NCBI GenBank assembly: GCA_041750285.1
Contig: JBGSZS010000002.1
Span: 64,001-128,000, forward strand
DNA from: Candidatus Fermentibacteraceae bacterium
Lineage (GTDB): Bacteria; Fermentibacterota; Fermentibacteria; Fermentibacterales; JCC-6
Direction: 5' to 3'
Length of the DNA stretch: 64,000 bases
This document shows, in pieces, positions 36,816 to 45,547 of the stretch. Position numbers and translations under genes: made by a program. Below the pieces are notes generated by a model. That model was not told the DNA's origin and made no database searches. It saw nothing but the letters and a program-made list of their open reading frames with translations. Positions within the stretch are counted from its first letter, which is position 1, and each line of letters opens with the position of its first letter.

Positions 36816-38103
36816 CGCTTTTCTCCATCGGTTCGTCTCACCCCGGGGAGTGTGCGCCGTTTTCAACGCACTCACGCTCGAGTTGACAACCGATACCGGA
36901 AGCCCGTCTCCATTCGATCCTGAAGCCGTTCTGGCAAGCTACAGGAGGTTCTGTTCATCTCCTCCGGTCTCCATGGCCACTTTTTTCGTGACCGGCGACT
37001 GCCCCAGGAAATGCGGCTACTGCTTCGTACCCGGCACGCTGGGAACCATGACCGCCACCGAGGTCGATCACGGGCTTGAAATGCTCTCGGACCTTGCACC
37101 CGGAAAGGCTGACATACTCATATACGGCGGTGAACCGCTTCTCAAGCCGGAGATCGTTCTGCGGATAATCCGGGGAACGGGGGATGACCGCAATCTGTGC
37201 CTGGCCACTGGCGGATGGGATGTCTCCCGGGAGCTGGCCTGTGCACTGGCGGAACGCAACGGATTCGTGATCGTCAGCATCGACGGCGCAAGTGACGTCC
37301 ACAACGATCTGCGGCCGCTTTCGGAAGGTGACTCTTACCGGTCCGCCGTACGGACGTTCCACGCTTTCCGGGATGCAGGTTGCCGGGTCGGGATCAGTCT
37401 GACGGTCACCAAGGGGAATGCCCGCAGGGTGAGGGATGATTTCACATTCCTTTTGGACACCCTGAAACCCGATGACATGGGACTTAACGCATGGATGCAC
37501 CCAAAGCCCGGCCTCGGTGCGAATCCGTTCGAGGCTCGCTGGGAGGATGTGTTCGATGCCGTAACCGGTTGTCTCTCCGATGCCCTTTCCGCGGGGATGT
37601 ACGTGGAGCAGCTCTTTCGGCGGCTCAGACCGCTGGTCACACGCTCACCAAGGCTCAGGGACTGCCCCTCCAGGGGTGGCAGGCTCGTTTTCGTTCCGGG
37701 AGGCAGAGTGAGCCCGTGTGACTGCATGGCAGCCGCGGGAGTGAATGCTGTCAATGACAGGAAAGGGATACTGGAGCTTCTCTCCGACTTTTCCAGGCTG
37801 GTCCCCGTTTTCAGGGAAGGGTGCCTTTCCTGCCCCTGTGTTGCACTTTGCGGCGGCGGGTGCCTTTACGACGTGCTTGCGTGCACCGGTTGCCTTTCCG
37901 GTGTCAGGGAGGAGCGGTGCAGGTACGAGAGGGCCCTTCTGGGGTGGATGGTGGGCACCATTCTTGATGACCAGCCCCGGGACAGGGCACCCGGGATCCT
38001 GTCCATCGGGGAGATGACAGCTTTTCTCCCCGGGGGAATCCTCGACAAGGCCAGGATGCCGCAACCCGAGGCCATGCTTGGGGGGGAGATGACATGCCTG
38101 TGA
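36805..38103 (+). CDS. Radical SAM/SPASM protein 2
   Basis: CPRKCGYC, YGGEPLL, VSIDG; SPASM CPSRGG...VSPC, CLSCPCVALCGGGC, ERC; TTG start overlaps the upstream gene. Confidence 0.92.
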   Translation: MKADAFLHRFVSPRGVCAVFNALTLELTTDTGSPSPFDPEAVLASYRRFCSSPPVSMATFFVTGDCPRKCGYCFVPGTLGTMTATEVDHGLEMLSDLAPGKADILIYGGEPLLKPEIVLRIIRGTGDDRNLCLATGGWDVSRELACALAERNGFVIVSIDGASDVHNDLRPLSEGDSYRSAVRTFHAFRDAGCRVGISLTVTKGNARRVRDDFTFLLDTLKPDDMGLNAWMHPKPGLGANPFEARWEDVFDAVTGCLSDALSAGMYVEQLFRRLRPLVTRSPRLRDCPSRGGRLVFVPGGRVSPCDCMAAAGVNAVNDRKGILELLSDFSRLVPVFREGCLSCPCVALCGGGCLYDVLACTGCLSGVREERCRYERALLGWMVGTILDDQPRDRAPGILSIGEMTAFLPGGILDKARMPQPEAMLGGEMTCL

Positions 38104-39269
38104 CGGGCTGGGTCGAATTGAGGGACAACTGCTTTGTGAACCCTTTCTCAGTCGAGTTCTTCTTTGGCGGGATTCCCCCGCTGGACGGGCCGTTCTCGCC
38201 GCCACCAGAACCACCTCTGCGGATCAGGGCAGTTCAGGCGGTTGTCACCGGCAGGTGCAACCTCTTGTGCACCTACTGCAGTGCCCGGATCGCGGGGGGG
38301 TTCGAGGGCGACATGGAACCCGCCACCTTCGATGCGGTTCTGTCACACTCCCATCCTGATTCGCTGCTTCTGGTGACCGGGGGCGAACCGCTCCTTCACC
38401 CGGCGGCAGTGAGAACCCTTATCAGGGGCTGGAGCGGCCAGGCCGTTCTTTTCACCAACGGGTCACTTCTTGACAGGGAGACCGTCCAGTTCCTGAAGGA
38501 ACACGGTACGGCACTTGTCGTCTCAATGGATGGCTTCGAGAGGGAACACAACCTCTATAGGGGCGATTCCTGGAAGGCCGCAGCCGCAGCCCTCGATCTG
38601 GCACGGGAAAATGGATTGCCCGCCGGGATCTCACTGGTTGCAGGGTCCCATAACGCAGGTTCACTGCCGGAATGCCTCTACGGGATTCTGGAAAGGTTCG
38701 GGCCCTCGAGTTTCGGTATAAACATTCAGCACTACACCCCTCATTCCTTTTCGCCCATCAGTGCCGATGAGTATTCAAGGATCATCCTCGGTGCATACAG
38801 GTTCAGCCTTGAAACGGGTGTGTTCGTCGACCAGGTTGCAAGGAGGCTGCTGCCAGTCGTTACGGGGCTTTTCCGGCACAGGGACTGCGCAGCCCAGGGC
38901 GGGAAGATCGTGTTCCATCCTGACGGCTCCGTCAGCAGTTGTGTTAACACAAGGGGAATCGAGGAGTGGGGAAGCAGAAATCCTGTTAACTGCCCTTTTT
39001 GCCGGGGTTGCCCCGCCCTTGGCATCTGCGGCGGAGGGTGCACCTGGGACGGAATTCACCTGGCCCCGGAAGGATGTGGTCCCGACCCGAGAAACTGCGT
39101 CTGGACGCTCGACCTTCTCAGAGCAGTCAGTGAAACCGTGGAGGAGAGGCTTCCCCGCTCCGTCGTTCGACCCTCACGCGAATTCCTTGCCTCCCTGTTC
39201 GAAAACCTCTGCAGAAGGGCAGGATCGCCACTCGCGCAATCGCTGGGGCATGGAGAGGAAGACCGGTGA
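38094..39269 (+). CDS. Radical SAM/SPASM protein 3 (paralogue of protein 2)
   Basis: CNLLCTYC, TGGEPLL, FTNG, VSMDG; SPASM CAAQGG...VSSC, CRGCPALGICGGGC, RNC; start may be GTG 38100. Confidence 0.92.
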   Translation: MPVTGWVELRDNCFVNPFSVEFFFGGIPPLDGPFSPPPEPPLRIRAVQAVVTGRCNLLCTYCSARIAGGFEGDMEPATFDAVLSHSHPDSLLLVTGGEPLLHPAAVRTLIRGWSGQAVLFTNGSLLDRETVQFLKEHGTALVVSMDGFEREHNLYRGDSWKAAAAALDLARENGLPAGISLVAGSHNAGSLPECLYGILERFGPSSFGINIQHYTPHSFSPISADEYSRIILGAYRFSLETGVFVDQVARRLLPVVTGLFRHRDCAAQGGKIVFHPDGSVSSCVNTRGIEEWGSRNPVNCPFCRGCPALGICGGGCTWDGIHLAPEGCGPDPRNCVWTLDLLRAVSETVEERLPRSVVRPSREFLASLFENLCRRAGSPLAQSLGHGEEDR

Positions 39270-39877
39270 AGGGCTGGAGCCGGGAAAAGGTTGAGGCGTA
39301 TTCCGGGGGAAGACGTTCTTCGCCTGCCGATGACTGGGTGGTTGACGCCCTTCGGGGGAGGGAACGGGTTCTTGAACTGGGTTGTGGTCCGGCACTGGCA
39401 TCCGGCAGGCTTTCAGCACCACTGCTGGTGTGCACCGACATCACCGAGGGCTTTCTGCCCGTGGCGAAAGTTAACGCACCTGCGTCAACAGTCCTTTGTG
39501 CGGATCCTGTGACGTTGCCGTTCCAGGACGGGGTGTTCGACAGCGTTCTTGCCATGGCGGTGCTTCATCACCTTGAAAGGTCGTGCCTCGATGCGGCTCT
39601 CAAGGAATCATGGCGCGTTCTGGACCCACGGGGCTGGTTCCTTCTGCTTGAGGACTGGTCCTTCACCGATCCCACCCCGGTCGAACTGGAAGCGAAACAG
39701 CAGCGGTTTGAAAAAGGCCACGACGAGTTCCACCTGACCTGGGCAGAATGGGACGAAGCTTTTAAAAAAGCAGGATTCGGGCTTTTGAGACGGCAATGGC
39801 CCGAAAGACGGTTTGGCGACCCCTCCGGTGGAAGAAGCGTGAGGATGATGGCCGCCCTTTACTCGAGGCTGTCCTGA
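39266..39877 (+). CDS. Class I SAM-dependent methyltransferase
   Basis: VLELGCG, LPFQDGVFD, VLHH, WRVLDPRG. Confidence 0.9.
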   Translation: MKGWSREKVEAYSGGRRSSPADDWVVDALRGRERVLELGCGPALASGRLSAPLLVCTDITEGFLPVAKVNAPASTVLCADPVTLPFQDGVFDSVLAMAVLHHLERSCLDAALKESWRVLDPRGWFLLLEDWSFTDPTPVELEAKQQRFEKGHDEFHLTWAEWDEAFKKAGFGLLRRQWPERRFGDPSGGRSVRMMAALYSRLS

Positions 39878-41022
39878 AGACGCTCCTGGTTCAATCATGG
39901 CTGGGGCGGGCACAGCATCCTGTTGTGCCTCTGGGATTGCTTTCCGTGGCATCTTCAATGGGGTCGGGCAACGTCGAGGTCCTTGACCTCAACGTCGTGG
40001 ATGGTCCCCTGAGATTCCTCGCAGAAAGGCTTGATTCCCTGAAGCCCGACATGGTGGGCATTTCCCTTCGGAATGCCGACACCACGAACTTTTTTGATCC
40101 TTTCAGCTATCTGCCCGCTTTTCTGGAACAGGTTCGCATCGTCGCTGAAAGGGCTCCACGGGCTCAAATCCTGGCCGGGGGGGCGGGTTACAGCCTCTTC
40201 CGCAGCGAGCTTGACGCTGAAGCACGCGTGATCAGCGCCGGGACGGTCGGCCATTACGAACGAAGCATTCCACAGCCCTGCTGGGACCTGATCGATCTTG
40301 AGCCCTACCTTCCGTTCCAGAAAAACCTGTCGATTGGTGTTGAAGTCAGCCGGGGCTGTGACCTCAAGTGCTCATACTGTGTTTACCCATCATTGTCCGG
40401 GGCGCACAAGCAGGACAAACCCCCTGAATCCATCCGTTCCGAAGTGCTTATGTTGAAAGCCAGGGGAGCAGGGCACCTGTTCCTGTCCGCCCCGGTTCTA
40501 AACCACAGGCCGGGCAGGGGCATGGAAGTGGCACAGGCTATGGCCGTAACGGGAGTGACCTGGGAGGCCTACCACTCTCCGCTGGGTTTTTCGGAAGAAT
40601 ACGCCATCATGGCCCGGGAATCGGGATGTACATCGGTCAGTTTCAGTCCCGACGGCGGAAGCGATTTCGACATGAAAGCCATCGGGAAGGACTTCACAAC
40701 CCGCGATATGGAGACCGCGATCGGAAACGCCGCCCGGGCCGGCCTCAAAGTGTGCATTGGCCTGTTTCCCTACCTGCCCTGGTCATCTCCAGTGTCAATG
40801 ATCCGGGCGTTCATCACGGGACGGAAGTGGGGAGAACTGGCCGGAACCCGTCTTGCACGATTGCGCTTCAGCGCTGTGAGAAGGCTTCCGGGAAGCATGT
40901 TCGGTCCGGGCAGACCCGCGCTTCATGGAGCAGTTCCCCCTTGCGAGTTCGTTTTGCCCCGAAAGCCATGGACTGCCGTATTCAGGCTCTTCAGGGCGGC
41001 ATTTGAAAAGAGGCTGGGTTGA
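39874..41022 (+). CDS. Cobalamin-binding radical SAM protein
   Basis: PLGLLSVAS, DLN, VGISLRNAD, GGAG B12 domain; EVSRGCDLKCSYCVYP; probable CTG start overlapping the upstream TGA (MKTLLVQ). Confidence 0.88.
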   Translation: MKTLLVQSWLGRAQHPVVPLGLLSVASSMGSGNVEVLDLNVVDGPLRFLAERLDSLKPDMVGISLRNADTTNFFDPFSYLPAFLEQVRIVAERAPRAQILAGGAGYSLFRSELDAEARVISAGTVGHYERSIPQPCWDLIDLEPYLPFQKNLSIGVEVSRGCDLKCSYCVYPSLSGAHKQDKPPESIRSEVLMLKARGAGHLFLSAPVLNHRPGRGMEVAQAMAVTGVTWEAYHSPLGFSEEYAIMARESGCTSVSFSPDGGSDFDMKAIGKDFTTRDMETAIGNAARAGLKVCIGLFPYLPWSSPVSMIRAFITGRKWGELAGTRLARLRFSAVRRLPGSMFGPGRPALHGAVPPCEFVLPRKPWTAVFRLFRAAFEKRLG

Positions 41023-41494
41023 TCTCCGTGTCGGTCTCTTCCAATCTGGATACCAGTATTCCGGAGAACTCCGAGTCCCTTCGCAGGACCTGTCCGACTC
41101 CCGCCTTTCCCGACCAGGCAAGCCGCAGGGTCGCAACGACCGTTCCGGTGGAGAGGACCGTGAGCTCCCCGGGTGGGCCGTATTTCGGAAGAAGATCCAA
41201 TGGAAATGCGAACGGAGCGCAGGAACTGAAGAGGTGGCCGCCGCGAAGGGTGTAAAGGAAGTAGGGAAGCCTTGCTTCGACGATCGTTTCGAACCTTATC
41301 GTGTGGAAGCCGCTTCCGCCGTCCCTGAAAGCCCCGGCCCAAAGCTTTTTTCCGGACACGACCTTGAAGAAGCTTTCGATTGGCCTTTCCCTGCGAATGG
41401 AAAGCGGGGAAACTGGAAACTGCGTCTCCAAGTCATTTGATCCTTCGGGAGTCCGTATTTCGGTTGCGTACCCTTTTTCCTTTACTCCCAGCAT
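40991..41494 (-). CDS. Hypothetical protein
   Basis: ATG 41494 with strong GGGAGGGG RBS; C-terminal EINPASFQMPP resembles the tail of LolA-like/DUF4412-type folds; convergent 32-nt overlap. Confidence 0.55.
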   Translation of the reverse strand: MLGVKEKGYATEIRTPEGSNDLETQFPVSPLSIRRERPIESFFKVVSGKKLWAGAFRDGGSGFHTIRFETIVEARLPYFLYTLRGGHLFSSCAPFAFPLDLLPKYGPPGELTVLSTGTVVATLRLAWSGKAGVGQVLRRDSEFSGILVSRLEETDTEINPASFQMPP

Positions 41495-41553
41495 GCGCCC
41501 CTCCCTTGATTGCGCCATAATGGAGGGGTTCTGTTAAGGATGTGTTTCCCGTA

Positions 41554-41589
41554 TGTGAATTGACTTTCACGCACGCTGTTCCTTATTGT
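41554..41589 (+). promoter_or_regulatory. Putative promoter with an overlapping palindromic operator
   Basis: GTGAA-N6-TTCAC (41555-41570) whose spacer is a TTGACT -35 hexamer; TATTGT at 41584-41589 (18-nt spacer); lies in a divergent intergenic region. Confidence 0.4.
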
Positions 41590-41653
41590 CATTCTTGACA
41601 GGGTCTGCCCGAGATCACCCGAACCTTTCTACTTACCAAGTACTTATGAGAAA

Positions 41654-42367
41654 ATGACTTACTTCAATAATCTCCAATACCTTGGTCCGTCCCCGATCAT
41701 TCTCGCGGCTGGTGCGGGCAGGCGGATGGGCGGGGTGGAGAAGGCATGCCTGAAGGTCGGTGGGAGAACCCTTCTGGAGAGGCACTTCGGAAACTTCGCA
41801 GAACTGGGTCTCAATGCGGAAAGGGTTTCGGTCGTCTACGGCACCGAAGGGGTGCTGCGGGAGACGGAAAGACTTGGCGGCAGGCCGGTTAAGTCGGGTT
41901 CGGCCGGCGCTGAGGGAACACTGGGTTCCTTCATGGCGTGTTTTCCGCCGGGTGACTGCCTCGTGGTCCACGGCGACCTGCTCTGGGAAGCTGACATGGC
42001 CCGGGCAGCGATGATGTGTACCGCCGACGCCGTGATACCCGTCGATCCCCGTTCGGCTGACCGCGAGGCCATGAAGGCCGAGGTCCGCGACGGACTTCTT
42101 GTCGGGCTGTCCAAGGAAATGAGGCCCGAGGTGTGCTCGGGTGAATCGATGGGCATTTTCCTTTTCCGAAAAGCTGCTCTGCCCGACCTGCTGACCTGTT
42201 GTGCAGAGGCGAGGGAACGGTTCGGCAGCCGGGCTGCGCTCGATGACGCGGTGACCCTTCTCGCGAGGATCAGGAAGGTTGCAGTGGTCTTCATCTCGGG
42301 AAGCAGGTGGGACGAGGTCGATACCCCGGACGACCTCGCAAGGGCTGAGAGAGTCTTCCATGGATGA
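41654..42367 (+). CDS. NTP-transferase (LicC / IPCT-like cytidylyltransferase)
   Basis: IILAAGAGRRMG...KACL, HGDLL, EAMK, GESMGI, WDEVDTPDDL. Confidence 0.9.
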   Translation: MTYFNNLQYLGPSPIILAAGAGRRMGGVEKACLKVGGRTLLERHFGNFAELGLNAERVSVVYGTEGVLRETERLGGRPVKSGSAGAEGTLGSFMACFPPGDCLVVHGDLLWEADMARAAMMCTADAVIPVDPRSADREAMKAEVRDGLLVGLSKEMRPEVCSGESMGIFLFRKAALPDLLTCCAEARERFGSRAALDDAVTLLARIRKVAVVFISGSRWDEVDTPDDLARAERVFHG

Positions 42368-43115
42368 GATCAATGCGTGGGACCAGGTCTGGAGGGATTT
42401 CCCAACCCGGAGCCCGTTGCACGGGCTGGGAGAGTTCCTCTCCCGCCGGGCCGAACTGAAGAGGCTCGTTCTGGCAGAGCTGTTTCGGGGGGGACGGGTG
42501 CCCCGGGATGGTGCTGTTCTTGAGGCCGGATGCGGGACGGGCAGTGTGATGGGCCTTCTTGCCGAGAGGGGTTTTCGCGTTGCAGGTGTCGATCTTTCCC
42601 CCGAAGCGCTGGTGCATGCCTCGTCTCATTCCAGCGAGCTCTCGGTCGCCACGGTCACCAGCCTGCCCTTCGCGGATGGAACCTTCGACCTGGTGTACAG
42701 CACCGGAGTATTCGATCTTCTTGACGATTCCGACCTTTCCGCTGCGTTGGGGGAGGCGCTTCGGGTGACTGTCCCGGGTGGGCGCATCGTTCTGATCAAT
42801 GCAGCACCCTGCCCGCTTCACCGCAGGGTCATGCGCCGGCTCGAGAGCAGGAACAGGTGGAGGTACGGTCCCAAGAGGGAGATCGAATCGCTTTCCGGGA
42901 TCGTGCTGGGCCACCGCCCCGACGCCCTGGTGACAGAGAAGGGAAGGGGCTTCGCCCTTCAGCTGAGATTCCTTGTATACCTTGTGGAGCACCGGCCGCT
43001 TCTCCGCAGGCTGGCCCACGGTCTGTTCATGCTCGTCTCGATGCTTCTTTGGCCACTGAACGCGTTGCCGGGGATGGTGCTGGTCACAACGGTGCGGCTG
43101 CCGGAGGAGGCCTGA
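42360..43115 (+). CDS. Class I SAM-dependent methyltransferase with C-terminal hydrophobic helix
   Basis: VLEAGCGTG, GVDLS, LPFADGTFDLV, LRVTVPGG. Confidence 0.9.
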   Translation: MDEINAWDQVWRDFPTRSPLHGLGEFLSRRAELKRLVLAELFRGGRVPRDGAVLEAGCGTGSVMGLLAERGFRVAGVDLSPEALVHASSHSSELSVATVTSLPFADGTFDLVYSTGVFDLLDDSDLSAALGEALRVTVPGGRIVLINAAPCPLHRRVMRRLESRNRWRYGPKREIESLSGIVLGHRPDALVTEKGRGFALQLRFLVYLVEHRPLLRRLAHGLFMLVSMLLWPLNALPGMVLVTTVRLPEEA

Positions 43116-43867
43116 TGAAGTCCATACGGGAATTGAGAAGCATCTGCCAGCCTCCCGGTCTGGACATGTGCCTCTACAGAAGGTTCGTGATCAGACCCGT
43201 GAGCATCCATCTCTCGAGGTTGTTCATCGCTGCGGGAATAGGGGCTGACACGGTTTCGATCCTCAAGGGGATCATCGCCATGGCCGGGGCGGTGCTCTTC
43301 GGTCTGCGGCCCATTCCCGCCGCCCTTCTCCTCCAGTTTTCCTATCTCCTCGACGCCTGCGACGGCGAAGTGGCACGCTTCACCGGAAGCTGCTCACGAG
43401 CCAGGGGCGAGTACATCGACAAGCTGGGAGATGCTGGTTCCCGCAGTCTTTTCCATCTCTCCTGGGGGATCGGCGCCTTCCTTGCCGGGGGAGGTTGGCC
43501 CGCCCTTGCAGCCGGGGCGGTCGTGGGATGCCTTTGGCTCACCGTGAGGTTCTGCTCTGTAGAAACGCTTCTGGAAAGTTATTCGAACCATTCGGGCTCC
43601 GAGGGAACGGCAGGAGAGAAATCAGCGCTGGAAAGGCTTTTTGTCAGGAAACCCGGGTCGGGAAGGATCGAACACTTCTTCTCGCTCCTCATCCACCCTT
43701 GGGTGAACCTTGCTCTGCTGGCTGCAGCCGCTTCCCTCATCACGTACCGGGGAGTCTCCGGCCTGACGGCCCTTCTGTGGGCATACACCGCGCTCTGGGT
43801 GGCAAACACCGTTCGCAAGGTCATCACCTGCGCCGAAGTGATGAACTTTCCCCGACACGGCCAGTGA
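43115..43867 (+). CDS. CDP-alcohol phosphotransferase family membrane protein
   Basis: Complete signature DxxDGxxAR...GxxxDxxxD (LDACDGEVARFTGSCSRARGEYIDKLGD); ATG overlaps the upstream TGA. Confidence 0.93.
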   Translation: MKSIRELRSICQPPGLDMCLYRRFVIRPVSIHLSRLFIAAGIGADTVSILKGIIAMAGAVLFGLRPIPAALLLQFSYLLDACDGEVARFTGSCSRARGEYIDKLGDAGSRSLFHLSWGIGAFLAGGGWPALAAGAVVGCLWLTVRFCSVETLLESYSNHSGSEGTAGEKSALERLFVRKPGSGRIEHFFSLLIHPWVNLALLAAAASLITYRGVSGLTALLWAYTALWVANTVRKVITCAEVMNFPRHGQ

Positions 43868-44847
43868 ACGGGCTTCTTGCCTTACTGGGCGCGGTTCTGG
43901 CCGTTATCGGCTCGGGTGCTGACAGGGCTTTGCTCCTCTCCGGCACACCGGTGGGCATCACAGCCCTCGGAGGGGAGTACTGGCTGGTTTCATGCGTGGC
44001 ACCGGCAGGTGTATTCCTCGTTGACAGAAGTGCCTGGACAGTTCTGGAGTACCCCGGCTCTTTCAGTGAGCCACAGGGGACAGGGCTGCTCGAAGGGGAA
44101 CCTCTGGTATGCGACCGGGGAGCGAACCGGCTTCATCTTGGATTGCCAGGTGCCTCCAGGGCGCTGCTGATTCCGGGGGGCCCTTTTTCCGTGACTGCGG
44201 CGGACTTGACCGGGAAGGGGGAATTGTTTTCAGTGGTTACGCTGAGGGATTCGGGTCGGGTTGTCCTTCTTACGGATACAGGTACGGTTGAGCTGGCTGC
44301 GCTGCCGGGAGCCCGGATGGCTGCGGCGGCCGACACCGACTGCAACGGCGACGATGAGCTGTTTGTGGCATGCTGCGGTACGGGGCTCCATCTCGTTGCA
44401 GTCATTGAAGAAGATGGCGGTCCCGTTGAGCGTCGAATCGGTGTTCTTGGGGACGGTGTGAAGGGAGTTGCTTCCGCGGACATTGACGATGACGGAGACC
44501 CCGATGCAGTAGGGATAGCATGCGCGGAGGGTGGCGTGTGCTGGTGGGAGAATCCCGGACCGACAGGGTCGGAATGGTTCAGGCACGACCTTGATCCCGG
44601 GGTCTCGGGCCCCAAATCCATCGCGGTTTTCGGCGGGAATATCCTTGTCGCGGCGCTTTTCAGCCCTTCAATGCTCTACTGCCCGGGCGGGACCCGTTCC
44701 CTTCCGACAGGTTGCACGGCATGTGCATTCGACGATGACGGAGCATTCGTCCTGGGGCATCGTGCGGGTTTCATCATGGAGTTCCAGGCTCCCACCGGGC
44801 TTACAATGACTGATCGGCACTATTCTGAAGTTATTGTATGTCAATGA
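43864..44847 (+). CDS. Exported beta-propeller protein with FG-GAP/VCBS-like repeats
   Basis: Signal-like N-terminus; ADLTGKG, ADTDCNGDDEL, ADIDDDGDPDAVG, WWENPG repeats. Confidence 0.75.
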   Translation: MNGLLALLGAVLAVIGSGADRALLLSGTPVGITALGGEYWLVSCVAPAGVFLVDRSAWTVLEYPGSFSEPQGTGLLEGEPLVCDRGANRLHLGLPGASRALLIPGGPFSVTAADLTGKGELFSVVTLRDSGRVVLLTDTGTVELAALPGARMAAAADTDCNGDDELFVACCGTGLHLVAVIEEDGGPVERRIGVLGDGVKGVASADIDDDGDPDAVGIACAEGGVCWWENPGPTGSEWFRHDLDPGVSGPKSIAVFGGNILVAALFSPSMLYCPGGTRSLPTGCTACAFDDDGAFVLGHRAGFIMEFQAPTGLTMTDRHYSEVIVCQ

Positions 44848-44870
44848 TATGCCTTATCAATCTAAGTTAT

Positions 44871-45545
44871 CTAAGTCCGTCCCCCATCCATCAGCCCGCG
44901 TTCCCTGAGGCTGATCACTCCGGAGTCGGTCACGATGAAATGGTCGAGCACGCGGAAGCCAAGCTCGTCACCGAGCTTCGTGAGGGCCCTGGTGAGGGAT
45001 AGGTCCTGCGGGCTCGCCTCGAGCCGGCCGCCGGGGTGGTTGTGTACCAGGATGACCCCCGTGGCGTTGTGGGCGATCACCTTTTCAACGAGGTTCCTGG
45101 GGTGCACCGTTGCCCTGTCGACGGTTCCGAACTCAAGTTCGGCCTCGGACAGCAGCCTGTTGTCCTGGTCGAGGAGGAAGGCGCAGAACAGCTCCTTCCT
45201 GCGGGTTCCCAGGCGTGTCTTCAGGTAGTCCCTCACGACTTCCGGGCCAGTGATCTGCAGTCTGCCCCTTTCGGGGGTCAGGGCCATCGAGTTCATGGAA
45301 TGTACCAGCGTTATGAGCGCGGCCGCCGAAGGCCCCACGCCCTCAACCGTCTGAAGGTTGTCCGGTGACTGCCTCAGAGTGTTCCCGAGGGTTCCGAACC
45401 TTTCCAGAAGGGCTGAGGAAAGCTGCCTGGTGTCACGGCGGGGTGCGGCGTAGGTCAGGAGCAGTTCAAGGGCCTCCCGCTGGGTGAAACCCCCTATGCC
45501 GACGCGCAGGAGCCTGTTCCTGAGCCTCTCCCTGTGGCCCTCCAC
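44871..45545 (-). CDS. radC: RadC / JAB-domain protein (full-length UPF0758 type)
   Basis: GHRERLR, ELLL, HhH GVGP, HPR, HNHPGG...S..D, VLDH; GTG start 2 nt after the mscS stop. Confidence 0.93.
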   Translation of the reverse strand: MEGHRERLRNRLLRVGIGGFTQREALELLLTYAAPRRDTRQLSSALLERFGTLGNTLRQSPDNLQTVEGVGPSAAALITLVHSMNSMALTPERGRLQITGPEVVRDYLKTRLGTRRKELFCAFLLDQDNRLLSEAELEFGTVDRATVHPRNLVEKVIAHNATGVILVHNHPGGRLEASPQDLSLTRALTKLGDELGFRVLDHFIVTDSGVISLRERGLMDGGRT

Positions 45546-45547
45546 CC

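Noticed and set aside
41019..41255. 78-aa plus-strand ORF after the B12 radical SAM as a RiPP precursor
   Set aside because: Its TTG overlaps the upstream stop, which is suggestive. However, it lies wholly antisense to a 167-aa ORF with a much stronger RBS and protein-like composition, and shows no leader/core or repeated motif. Not fully excluded; conservation in homologous clusters would revive it.
44871..45545. radC as a marker of a mobile element
   Set aside because: It is the full-length HhH-containing chromosomal form coupled to mscS; no integrase, transposase or att repeats nearby.
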